36,389 nt of DNA, taken from positions 1 to 36,389 of the forward strand of contig JAYUUO010000156.1 of assembly GCA_043754515.1 (NCBI GenBank). Direction: 5' to 3'. A program made the translations under genes and the position numbers. Within the stretch, counting starts at the first letter, position 1, and each line of letters starts with the position of its first letter. The notes below the pieces were generated by a model. It was not told where the DNA came from. It ran no database searches and worked only from the letters and a program-made list of their open reading frames with translations. Below are positions 19,041 to 28,552 of the stretch, piece after piece. Source of the stretch: Armatimonadota bacterium. GTDB taxonomy: Bacteria > Armatimonadota > Armatimonadia > Armatimonadales > Armatimonadaceae.

Positions 19041-19864
19041 GTTCTTCGGGGTGGTTCTTCTTTTATAGACGCCGTTTCGCCCGGCTCCGTTCCGCTGCCG
19101 TCCCCGCCCCGCCGCGTGAGTGTGGTTTGTAGCCGCCCGAACAGGCTCATGAGCAGTCCGATCTCGTGCGTATTCAGCTCCATACGCTTGAAAAGGTTCT
19201 TCACCATGTCCGGTGCCGGGAGCGGAGAACCGCCGCGAATGAAACCACCTTCGCGCATCACGGAGTCCAGAAGGCGGTCGAGTTGGTGGAAGTCGTTCCA
19301 GGTCGGCACGCCCGGTGTTTGCGAGTCGCCTTTCACCGGCACGGCGGGTAGGAACGCGGAGACGTCGTCCCCGAACGTTCGCGTGATTTCATACAGGACG
19401 ACCAGCACGGACTGCGCCAGGTTGAACGACGGGAACGCCGCGGTGGACGGGATGCGAACCACCCACGAACATTGGTTCAGATGCTCCTGCCGCAACCCGC
19501 TGTCCTCTGGCCCGAACACCAGCGCGGTCTCACGCGCCGCCCGCGTCGGCAGGCGACCGCTCCATTCCGGGAGCGTGACGAAATATGCCGGGTTACGCCC
19601 TTCCCGCTCGGAGAGCGCGACCACCTCCCGCATCGGCGCGACCGCCTCTTCGAGCGTGTCGTGGATCCGGGCCGCGTCCAGCACGGGCGTCGCCCAAACG
19701 GCGGTGACATCGGCGGCGGCGCGGTCATAACCGCGCGGCGCGACGAGGTGCAGGTGCCGAAAGCCGAGGTTCATCATGGCGCGCGCCGTGGAGCCGACGT
19801 TGCGACTGGTTTGCGGCTCTACGAGAACCACGTGGAAGTTATCGAAGGGGGAAATATCGCTCAT
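19037..19864 (-). CDS. SPOUT RNA methyltransferase, TrmJ/LasT family
   Basis: VVLVEP...NVGS.ARAMMNLG, VFGPEDSGL, PSFNLAQSV; promoter TTGCCA-N17-GAGAAT at 19912-19940. Confidence 0.9.
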   Translation of the reverse strand: MSDISPFDNFHVVLVEPQTSRNVGSTARAMMNLGFRHLHLVAPRGYDRAAADVTAVWATPVLDAARIHDTLEEAVAPMREVVALSEREGRNPAYFVTLPEWSGRLPTRAARETALVFGPEDSGLRQEHLNQCSWVVRIPSTAAFPSFNLAQSVLVVLYEITRTFGDDVSAFLPAVPVKGDSQTPGVPTWNDFHQLDRLLDSVMREGGFIRGGSPLPAPDMVKNLFKRMELNTHEIGLLMSLFGRLQTTLTRRGGDGSGTEPGETASIKEEPPRRT

Positions 19865-19979
19865 GGAGGGACCGAACGCCGCGCCGGAGTTTTCGAGCGG
19901 CACCGCGTCCTATTCTCCCCCGTCCGGCGCGGGCTGGCAAGGGGGAGCCTGGGGCGGTGGCGGCGTAAAGATGTTGCGA

Positions 19980-20440
19980 ACGCGGTGAACCTTGACGAGC
20001 GGCGGACGGGCAATGAACGTTTCCGGCAGATCGCGGCGGTTCGCGACGGAACGTGAACGTTTTCACGACGGTTCACCGCCCGCCACGGGTTCACCGTCCG
20101 CCAATACATCCGAACAGGAGTTACGCGGTTCGTCAAGGAACGCGGGTTAAAACCCACGTCATCGGCAAAACAAGTACAGTCAAAACTTGTTTTGACGATT
20201 GCCTGTCTAGGCGCGTTCCGTGGCGGACGTCCTTTGGACGGATACGGGCACCCAACGTCCGGCATGCACCGCTTGGACAGGCGGAACGAGTCAGGCGAGA
20301 CGCGTTTTGCCGGTTTGTCGATGACGTGGACAGGTTTTTTCGCGGCGAATTGCCAAAACGCGTCTCGCCTGGAATATCCATTCGACCCGCGTTCTCTCAA
20401 TGAGCCGCGCGATTCCAAATCGCTATTTGCGCGGCACGTC
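19980..20440 (+). ncRNA. Candidate large structured non-coding RNA, family not recognised
   Basis: At least seven 7-18 bp helices, four with G.U pairs that work only on the + strand; no credible ORF. Confidence 0.5.
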
Positions 20441-20452
20441 CGGCGTGTTATC

Positions 20453-22289
20453 ATGAGGCGACAACGACGGAGCACCTTCGCGCCTTCTACGCCTTGGTTT
20501 GCTGTGCCTGCTGACCGCCTTCCTATTGCTGTTCGCCTCCGTGCGGCCCGCGCTCTGGCCGATCGCGCCGGTCTCGGTCGCGGCGTGGGCGGTGCTCGCC
20601 CTGGAACCCGCCCCACGCGCCCGGCCTGCTTTATGGGTGCTGTTCGCCGCCGCGTGGGCGTTCTACGGCGTCGGGCAACGGTTCTTCCTCACATGGGGGA
20701 CGGCGGCATGGCTGATCGTGACTCTGTATCAAGCCTTGCTGACGCTACTACCCGCGCTCACGCTCCAGGCGATCCGCGCACGCTCGCCCCGGTTGTCGCT
20801 CGCCATCGCGGTTCCCGTGACCTTGATTGCCGGGGAGTTCCTGCGTGCGCAGGGGCCTTTCGGTTTACCATCCAGCTCGCTCGCCCTGCCACTATCGGAG
20901 AAGCCGCTCTTGATGCAGCCCGCCGACCTCGGCGGGCTGTATCTCGTTTCGCTCCCGCTCGCCGCCGCCGCGGGGTGGCTCGCCGAGGCGTTTCTGAACC
21001 GCGAACGGAGTTGCCCGAATCGCCGCCCGTTGCTCGCATCCGCCGCCGGGGTCGCCGCGCTGTGGGTGTGTGCGCTCGGCTACGGCGCGTTTCGGTTGCG
21101 CGAAGGCGCGCGGACGATAACACCCGCGTTGCGCGTCGCGGTGGTGCCGACCGACGGCCCGACGGATCTGCGGGTCGGCTTCATCGCGCCGCGACAGTTG
21201 TCCGCCGAGGTGATGGCGGACACGACCGCCGCTATCGCGGCGGCTCGCGCCCGGCGTGAGTCGCAGCCTGCGCTGATCATCTGGCCCGAAAGCCCCGGTT
21301 TCCCGCCGCTCACGCGCGAGTTCCTGTCGGCGGACCCGTCGGCGGACCGGCTACGTCACTACAGCATGACCTCGGAAGACTTCGCGCAGTACCGCGCGCT
21401 CCTGCCGTTCTTCGGCGGGGCGGTGCGCGGCTTCGTGGGGGCGTCGCTCCTGTACGGATGCGCCTCGCCCGAACTCGACGCGACGGCCCCCGGCGGCTGG
21501 CGGAGGTATAACTCGGCGTCACTCTGGCTGCCGGACGGCACGCCGTACGCGGCAACGCCAGAACAAGGTACACCCCGCGCTATTTCGGCGAGTACCTGCC
21601 CGGCGTCCCCTACGGCGCGATCCCTCCCTGGGTTTTTGCGCACCCTGCCGGATCTCCAGAACCTGTCGGCGGGCGACCGGCGCGTCCTGTTCACCCTGCC
21701 CGGCGTTTCCAAAGGGGACGGCACGCCGCTTCGCTTCGCGGTAGTGATCTGCAACGAGATCGCGCTACCGTCCACAGCGGGCGTTTTCGGCGGCGACCCG
21801 GCGACGTTTCGCGGCGCGGATTTCCTCGCGGTGATGGCGAACGCAGGCAGTTTCGGGCGGGTGACCTACCCTTATATTCGCAACGGGTGTGCGCGTACCG
21901 TGCTATCGAAGCGCGTGTCGGCAAAGCACTCTCGGCAAACGCGGGTATCTCGGGGTTTTACAAGCCGGACGGCACGTTCTACGGCGCGGTCAGGAACGGC
22001 GGGGGCGAGTCCGTGGACGGGGCGGGGCTTTCCCGAACAGCCATTGCTCGCGGAGGCGGATCGGATCTGGCAGACCAGTAAAGGGAAACCGGACGCGGCG
22101 ACGCAAAAGCAGATAAGCACTTTGCAGGAGCGCGTCGCCGCGCTACGGGCGGCGGCAGGCGTCCACGGTGCTTCGATACAAACGGTCTATACCGACGCCC
22201 GTGCTGGCGACACCTTCTATGTACGTTTTGGTGATTGGTTCGGCGGCACTCTTCTTGCTATCAGTCTCATCGGGATGCGGCCACGATAA
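20453..22289 (+). pseudogene. lnt: Apolipoprotein N-acyltransferase with multiple frameshifts
   Basis: TM N-terminus, WPES and ICNE in the main frame; QNKVH (21559-), FGEYLP (21584-) and YRAIE...SANAGISG...PDG (21887-) in other frames; C-terminal TFYVRFGDWF. Confidence 0.8.
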
Positions 22290-22381
22290 GCGAAAAAGGC
22301 TGCTTGACGTTGGCAACACACCGTGCTGAAACAATGACGCGCGTTCACGTACCTAATAGCTCGCTTAACAAAGAAATTATC

Positions 22382-23136
22382 ATGCCTCTTGTTTTCAATC
22401 GCCAATACTCGCTTATATCGGTTGTGTTTTTATCGCTTGTAAGTCTGATGCTCGGAGCCGTCCCGGCACACGCAGGCTCCTGTCCCACATATATCGGGTC
22501 TGGCCAGGGTGATACCCAGCGGCGATGGCTCTAAATCTCCGCTCCCTGCCGGAGGGTGGTTCGGCGTGCCGTCAGGTGCCCCGGTGAAAAATTATCAATC
22601 GAGTGCCGGTTTCGAGAATGTGGAACCCGACAGGCACGACACGACGAAAATCGCGCAGGTACCATTTTCCGCGACACGGCTACTCCTTCGGATACTGGAA
22701 CGTGATTACGGACGCCGACGCGACGAACGACCAGACGATGAATGTCGTCAGTAATGGGACGATTGAGAACAACGCGGGGAACGCTAACGGCGGTAACCAG
22801 TCGGTGTTCGTCAACGGCGCGGGTGCTTATGACACCTGGACGCGGCTAGGTTTGGACTTCGACTTCGCCACCCGAACGTTCGACGCCAGCATTGACGGCG
22901 CGAACGTAGCGACGGGCGTGGCATTCAATTCGACGGCGACCGGTGGCGTGCTGGGATACAGTACGTTCGGCCAGGGTGCCCCCACTGGCACGACCGAGAA
23001 CGCGCACTTCGACAACTACGCGATCACGCTCGCGGGTGTGGCCGTGCCGGAAGCGAACAGCGGCTCACTCGTCACCATCGGCACGCTGGTCGGCCTCGGC
23101 GGCTTCGCTCTGGCGCGCCGCCGCCGGGTGGCTTAG
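22382..23136 (+). pseudogene. PEP-CTERM-type surface protein split by frameshifts
   Basis: Signal peptide (PAHA) from ATG 22382 in one frame; HFDNYAIT and VPEANS + TM + RRRRVA in another. Confidence 0.7.
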
Positions 23137-23318
23137 CTGTCCCGCCGCCTAGCGGGTGTTGCGCCCGCCGACTGACCCTAACTGGTCGCCTTGTCGCGCG
23201 GGGCGCGGTTCCTAGAGGTTCACCACGACGCGAAACGCCTCCGCTCGCCGGAACTAAAGCGTCAAAACTTGGCAGCAAAACACTTGACACAGCAAATCTT
23301 TCGCGATGAACTGTGAGC

Positions 23319-23908
23319 ATGAAAGCCGCCGATGCAACCGAAACCCTACAAGCCTCTGAATCTTTGCAGGAGGCAGCCTTGTTCTATTCTAACATAGACG
23401 ACTGTATTGACATACTTGTATCGCTCCCATGGGCGAGCGGTGTTGTATGCCCGCATTGCGCTTGCTACGATGTGACCTACATGAAGTCGCGGCGTATCTG
23501 GCAATGCAAGACGAAGGATTGCCGCAAGCAGTTCTCGATCAAGGTTGGCACAATCTTTAAAGACTCCCTCTGGGGCTTGACAAATGGCTTATAGCCCTTT
23601 GGCTCCTAGTCAACCGCAGGAATGGTGCTTCATCCTACGAAGTCGGCCGTACTCTAGCAATCACACAAAAAAGCGCGTGGTTGATGCTTCATCGGTTGCG
23701 CCTTGCTGTGCAAAACGGTTCCCCCGACAAATTAGCACGGGGAGTCGAAGCGGACGAAACATTCATCGGCGACAAGTCAAAGAATATGCACCAAGCGAGA
23801 CACGAGGGAGCGATTCAAGGGTACGGCTCCGTTAGCAAAGCCGTCATCATGGGCATACTCAATTGGGGCGAAGAGTATACCGAGAAGTCCGGAAGACGCG
23901 TTAGAGCG
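23319..23908 (+). pseudogene. IS1595-family transposase, frameshifted and truncated
   Basis: CPHC...WQCK..CRKQFS.KVGTIF.DS; 1-nt deletion at ~23566 restores PLGLDKWL...TQKSAWLMLHRLR; VEADETFIG; similarity ends at RRVRA. Confidence 0.9.
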
Positions 23909-23938
23909 GCGCGAAACGGAGTGCCAGAAACGCGCCGC

Positions 23939-24187
23939 TCATCGGAAGAAGAAGGTCACTGCCTGACTCGTTTCGAGTGCTTCTCTGGCTGTGTTCAGCG
24001 CATCAATCAGCCCTTGCAATTCATCTTCACGACACTATGCAACGCTCACTGTCGGCTTAGCGCGGTCTTTATAGTACGAGTCTATATACACCCATCGCTT
24101 CCCGTGCTTGCGCTCTATACGTACGCTACCCGTCTCAATTCCCCCGTCCACAATCCTTGTCTACGGGAACGGTTTTCCTAGTGCCAT
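23939..24187 (-). pseudogene. 82-codon ORF with two in-frame TAG codons, probable IS passenger
   Basis: AGGAG SD 9 nt before ATG 24187; MALGKPFP*TRIVDGGIETGSVRIERKHGKRWVYIDSYYKDRAKPTVSVA*CREDELQGLIDALNTAREALETSQAVTFFFR. Confidence 0.55.
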
Positions 24188-24371
24188 TTTTTGTCGCTCC
24201 TGACATCAGCATTTTACGCCGGATCATTACTATACCGAGTATATTATTATATAAAACAGAGCGGCTTGTCGCGCGGGTCGGTGCGCTTCGAGGCGTCCGG
24301 CGGACGCGACTGGCACGGTCCCGGGGCAAGCCCGACGCGGGGCGGCTACGGTACGCGGCCCGCCACCGCGT

Positions 24372-25187
24372 CTACGGCGCGTACGCGGCGACCGCCATGC
24401 CGAAGTAGGTCGGTGCCTCGTAGGAGAGCAGTTCGCCACGCATCGGCGTATGCGCGAGAACGCCCATCAGGATCAGGGTCTGGTAGAACGCATCTACCTT
24501 TGCGTCTTCGAGCAGATCGGGGGGCCAGCCGAGGAGCGGCTCCAGATCGTCTCTGGCTAAGGCGTCACACATGGCTTCGTCATGCACCCGCGCCGCGTGA
24601 TGGAAGCCATACGGTCCGTCTTCGGCGTGCGCATGTGCCTGGTCGCCGGACGCGATGAACGCGACGCGCTTCGGGGAGTCGGCGGCGGCGCGGGCGATCG
24701 CGACCCCGAGCCGTACCAGAGTTTCGCGCGATAGAGCCGATGACTCCGCGAGTACGACCACTTCGGGGCGCGGTTCCATCGGATGGGCGAGGTACCAGAG
24801 CGGGATCAGTGCGCCCCAATCCAGCGGGAGCACGGCGTTCTCGTCCCGTTCGTCACCGGAAAGACGGTAGATCGGTAGATCGTGTTTGGAGCCTTCCGCG
24901 TGGATACGGGCACACAAATCCAGGTCTACCGCGAACGATGCTTGTACAGAGCGGCCGTCCGGGTTGTTCAGGATCCCCGCCGCGTGTCGCGTGAACCCGA
25001 TAGTCACGCCGCTCTCCGGGAAGATGCCGTGCGGCGTGACGACCACGATGGTATCGGGGCGGGCGGCATGGCACCGTCGGCCGAGTTCCTGCATCGCGGC
25101 GCGGGTAGCCGCCATCGTCGCGGGATCGTCGGCTATTTCGTCGAGTATGTCGCCCCCGTGCGGGGCGATGGCGGCAAAGACTAGCAT
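24372..25187 (-). CDS. LigB/Memo-like class III extradiol dioxygenase fold protein
   Basis: IAPHG, PDTIVVVTPHG, LDWGALIPL, IASGDQAHAH...GPYG, YEAPTYFGM. Confidence 0.85.
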   Translation of the reverse strand: MLVFAAIAPHGGDILDEIADDPATMAATRAAMQELGRRCHAARPDTIVVVTPHGIFPESGVTIGFTRHAAGILNNPDGRSVQASFAVDLDLCARIHAEGSKHDLPIYRLSGDERDENAVLPLDWGALIPLWYLAHPMEPRPEVVVLAESSALSRETLVRLGVAIARAAADSPKRVAFIASGDQAHAHAEDGPYGFHHAARVHDEAMCDALARDDLEPLLGWPPDLLEDAKVDAFYQTLILMGVLAHTPMRGELLSYEAPTYFGMAVAAYAP

Positions 25188-25243
25188 CAGTTAATGAGGC
25201 CCGAGCGGGTGGAACGATTACCACCCACCCGGGAAAGACTCGC

Positions 25244-25693
25244 CTAGGCAAGCGTCTGGATATAGTTCACCTGCCCCTCGTGGTAGACGGTGTTCCAGTA
25301 CGCCATCATCACGATCTCAGCGATGGTCTTATCCATGCCGCCGCCAAAAGGGAGGTGGAGAACGGTCGCGAGTCGGTCGGCGGGCGCGACGGTCACGGCG
25401 ACTGCGAGTAGGTCGGCGGCGTCTTCGAGTTGCTTGAGTGCCTTCGTCGGGGTGTTAAACTCCTCCATCGCCTTCCCGTGCTGCTCGCTGTCCATCGGTG
25501 GCACGGTACCTGATTCGACCATGTGCTTGGTCAGCAGGAACATCCCCGCCGCTTCGAGCACCTGATCGTGCGCGGATCGCCCTTTGTCGAGTGGCCTCCA
25601 GGTGAACTTTTCACCGAGTTCGGACGCGGCTTTGCCGAGCGCGCCGGCGGAACTGCGAATCATTTCAGCCAGGGTAGCGGAAGATACGGACAT
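25244..25693 (-). CDS. DinB-family protein
   Basis: 149 aa; W.P..KGRS...QVLE and C-terminal YH.GQVNYIQ. Confidence 0.75.
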   Translation of the reverse strand: MSVSSATLAEMIRSSAGALGKAASELGEKFTWRPLDKGRSAHDQVLEAAGMFLLTKHMVESGTVPPMDSEQHGKAMEEFNTPTKALKQLEDAADLLAVAVTVAPADRLATVLHLPFGGGMDKTIAEIVMMAYWNTVYHEGQVNYIQTLA

Positions 25694-25744
25694 AATCTTT
25701 AATAAACCTTTCAGAGAAACGGTTGGCGGGGTTTCGCGGCGACG

Positions 25745-26638
25745 TCAGCCCATCTCCTTCGAGCGTTCGGCGGCGGCGCGAACCGCGTCCATGAGTGTAC
25801 CCCGGATGCCCGCCGATTCGAGCACGCCGAGCGCGGCGATGGTGGTTCCGCCCGGAGTCGTCACGGCGTCCTTGAGTGCCATCGGATGCGTGCCGGTGGT
25901 CAGTACCATCTTCGCCGCGCCGAGCATGGTCTGCGCCGCGAGCGTGCGGGCGGTGTCACGGGGCAGCCCCGCGCGAACGCCACCGTCCGTGATGGCTTCG
26001 AGTATCAGGTAGAAGTAGGCGGGCGCGGAGCCTGCCACCCCGATCACGGCGTCAATCAGTGATTCGGTGGCGACCTCGACGCAGGAGCCGACCGCGCCGA
26101 ACAAGCGTTGCGCGGCTCGCGCGTGTACGTCGCTAGCGGCGGTGCCCCGGCAAAACGCGGACGCGCCCTCGCCGACGAGCGCGGGGGTGTTAGGCATGAC
26201 GCGGATCACGGGCTGACCGTGGTGCGCGGCCTGCTCTAGGGTCGCCAAACGAATCCCGGCGGCGACGGAAACGATGAGCGCGTCCGGCGACAATGTGCCC
26301 GCGTCCCGGAGCCGCGCCAAAAGCGGCGCGGTCGGGGCGGGCTTGACGGCAAGCAGGATAACGGTCGCCCCCCGCGCCGTGTCCTCGGGCAGTTCACAAA
26401 CCGTCGCGCTGGGGGCGTCCCGCGCGAGCGTAACGGCTTGCGCGGGCGTGCGGTCGAACAGGCGCAGGTCAGCCCCGCCGACAATCCCGGCGCGGAGCCA
26501 TCCGCGAACGAGCGCGCCACCCATCTGCCCGCAACCGAGCACCGCGATCACGGGTGCCGAGGATGCGGGGGCAGAACCGCCCCCCTGATCCGGATCTGTT
26601 AGCGGTGCTTCTACGGGAACGTTGTTGTTGTTCGACAT
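25745..26638 (-). CDS. proC: Pyrroline-5-carboxylate reductase
   Basis: LGCGQMG, LAVKP, SVAAG, RVMPNTPA, GSAPAY, VTTPGGTT. Confidence 0.96.
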   Translation of the reverse strand: MSNNNNVPVEAPLTDPDQGGGSAPASSAPVIAVLGCGQMGGALVRGWLRAGIVGGADLRLFDRTPAQAVTLARDAPSATVCELPEDTARGATVILLAVKPAPTAPLLARLRDAGTLSPDALIVSVAAGIRLATLEQAAHHGQPVIRVMPNTPALVGEGASAFCRGTAASDVHARAAQRLFGAVGSCVEVATESLIDAVIGVAGSAPAYFYLILEAITDGGVRAGLPRDTARTLAAQTMLGAAKMVLTTGTHPMALKDAVTTPGGTTIAALGVLESAGIRGTLMDAVRAAAERSKEMG

Positions 26639-26654
26639 GCCAAAATGACTGCGG

Positions 26655-27236
26655 CTACTGGTCGGCTTTCAGAAGCTCGACGTCGAAGTTAAGCGGCGTG
26701 TTTGGCGGAATCGGCCCTCTACCATCGGCTCCATAGGCGAGATTCGCGGGTACCATCAGCCGACGTTTCCCGCCCTCTTTCATTCCGGGGATGCCCTCGT
26801 CCCATCCTTTGATGACGTAACCGGTACCGAGTAGGAAATCGAACGGTGTCCTGCCCGGATCATACGAGGAATCGAACTTCCTGCCGTCTTGAAAGGTACC
26901 CGTGTAGTTGACCCTCACGTTCTTGCCGAGGATCGGGGAGTTGCCGGTGCCAACCGTGAGGTCCTGATACTGAAGACCCGAAGCCGTCGTGATCACCGGG
27001 CCTGGCGTCGGCGATGGAGTGGGAGTAGGCGTGGGGGTAGGCGTCGGCGTCGGTAGCGGCGGCAGAGTCGGCGACGCGGTCGGCACCGGCACCGGCGTCG
27101 GTGTCGGTGTCGCGGCCGGGGTGCTGTCGCTACTACCGCCGCATCCCGCCAGCACCGCGCACAGGGCGAGAAGCGGCACGACGGCGACGATTCCGGCACC
27201 ACGGGTGACGGTATGTGAAGTGGAAACTATTTTCAT
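26655..27236 (-). CDS. FKBP-type PPIase, lipoprotein with Pro/Thr linker
   Basis: LAGC lipobox; (PT)n linker; VNYTG...[20 protein letters not shown]. Confidence 0.93.
   Translation of the reverse strand: MKIVSTSHTVTRGAGIVAVVPLLALCAVLAGCGGSSDSTPAATPTPTPVPVPTASPTLPPLPTPTPTPTPTPTPSPTPGPVITTASGLQYQDLTVGTGNSPILGKNVRVNYTGTFQDGRKFDSSYDPGRTPFDFLLGTGYVIKGWDEGIPGMKEGGKRRLMVPANLAYGADGRGPIPPNTPLNFDVELLKADQ
27002..27112 (-). repeat. Pro-Thr dipeptide low-complexity linker
   Basis: TPTPTPVPVPTASPTLPPLPTPTPTPTPTPTPSPTP. Confidence 0.85.
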
Positions 27237-27310
27237 CGGATGTCCTTTTGTGGAAAGAAATAGGAGTGCCGGGGCGCGCCGCGCCCCAGCAACATACGTG
27301 TCCAGTATCG

Positions 27311-27931
27311 CTACCGGACGTCCATCAATTCAACGTCGAAGATCAGCGTCGCCTTCGGCGGGATCACGGGCGGTTTGCCCTCTTCGCCGTAGCCGAGTTG
27401 GTACGGGATCGTCAGCTTGCGCCGTCCGCCGACTTTCATTCCGGCCACGCCCTCGTCCCAGCCTTTAATCACGCCTCCCGTGCCGAGCGTGAAGTCGAAC
27501 GGTTGTCCGCGATCACGCGACGAGTCGAACTTCGTGCCGTTCGCGAGCGTACCCGTGTAGTGCATGACACACTGTTTGCCCGCGATGGCGGTGGCCCCCT
27601 TGCCGACGGTCATGTCCTCGTACTGCAAACTGCTCGCGGTCTTGACGACTTTGCCGTTCCCTTTGAACGGCGTCTTGTCGAAATCGCCGGGTGCCTTGGG
27701 GCCAGGGGGAGGCATCGGCGGCCCGGCGACCTTGCCCGTACCGCTCGGCTTCCCGGCGGTACCGCCTGCCGGGGACGCTGACGATGAGGCATCGGTGACC
27801 GGCGAGGCGGCAACGACCGGCGAGGCGTCCGCCGCCGGTTCGGGGTTATTACACCCGCCCGCGAGGAGCGCGAAAATGGACAGCACGACGAGAGTGCTGT
27901 TCGCGGTGAGAGAATGTTTTGTTGGTTTCAC
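27311..27931 (-). CDS. FKBP-type PPIase, lipoprotein
   Basis: LAGGC lipobox; MHYTG...[27 protein letters not shown]. Confidence 0.93.
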   Translation of the reverse strand: MKPTKHSLTANSTLVVLSIFALLAGGCNNPEPAADASPVVAASPVTDASSSASPAGGTAGKPSGTGKVAGPPMPPPGPKAPGDFDKTPFKGNGKVVKTASSLQYEDMTVGKGATAIAGKQCVMHYTGTLANGTKFDSSRDRGQPFDFTLGTGGVIKGWDEGVAGMKVGGRRKLTIPYQLGYGEEGKPPVIPPKATLIFDVELMDVR

Positions 27932-27951
27932 GGTTCGCAGTATACCCTAAC

Positions 27952-28299
27952 CTAGCCGACCGCGAGTAGTTCGACATCGAAGTGCAAGGTAGCGTTCGGC
28001 GGGATCGCGCCGGGGAAGCCCCGCTCGCCGTACGCCAGCACGGGCGGGACGATCAGTTTGCGCCGCCCGCCAACCTTCATCGTCGCCACGCCCTCGTCCC
28101 AGCCCCGGATCACGCCGCCGGTGCCGATCACGAAATCGAACGGTTCGCCCCGGTCGCGTGACGAGTCGAATTTCGCGCCGTCGGGGAACGTGCCGGTGTA
28201 ATGCACGGTAACCGAGCCGCCCTTGCGCGGGGTCGCCCCAGTTCCCTCGACAAGCTCCTCATACTGTAACCCCGTCGGGGTCGTCACAATCTCGCTCAC
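27952..28299 (-). CDS. FKBP-type PPIase, cytoplasmic single domain
   Basis: VHYTG...FDSSRDR, VIRGWDEG, IPPNATLHFDVELL; no signal peptide. Confidence 0.95.
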   Translation of the reverse strand: MSEIVTTPTGLQYEELVEGTGATPRKGGSVTVHYTGTFPDGAKFDSSRDRGEPFDFVIGTGGVIRGWDEGVATMKVGGRRKLIVPPVLAYGERGFPGAIPPNATLHFDVELLAVG

Positions 28300-28552
28300 G
28301 ATTTACCTGTCCCTTCGCCGCGTTGAAAATGCTCTTCGGGGTAGAGTTTCGACAGGCGGGGGGGTGATTCCTGTTTCGCATTCACTGAACGACAACGGGA
28401 TATTCGGGGAACCGCGCGTTCCAACTTGCCACATTCATGACTGCAGCGGTCACTAAAATGGCGACGCGAACACCGTCGCCATCCGTGAAATGCCATATCC
28501 GATCCCGCGCCACCAGACCACATAGTCTCGTCCGTCGGGAATACCGTAAGCC

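Larger units (their letters stand above)
23271..24251 (+). mobile_element. Degenerate IS1595-family element
   Basis: Transposase remnant, convergent small passenger ORF, weak inverted ends 23271-23292/24230-24251, AT-rich right end. Confidence 0.55.

Noticed and set aside
19980..20440. Retron msr/msd, cobalamin riboswitch, RNase P, tmRNA or raiA identity for the structured region
   Set aside because: No reverse transcriptase in the window; diagnostic motifs are absent or out of order (GAGTCAGG only loosely resembles a B12 box)
22311..22326. Sigma54 promoter before the PEP-CTERM pseudogene
   Set aside because: GG-to-GC spacing is 11 nt, not the required 10
17991..24163. Genome-wide amber recoding to explain internal TAG codons
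   Set aside because: Intact genes in the window end in TAG (e.g. minD, O-methyltransferase, M20 peptidase), and xisH also carries a frameshift and truncation
23909..24181. C-terminal part of ORF 23681-24181 as transposase
   Set aside because: IS1595 similarity stops at RRVRA; the rest is antisense to the passenger ORF
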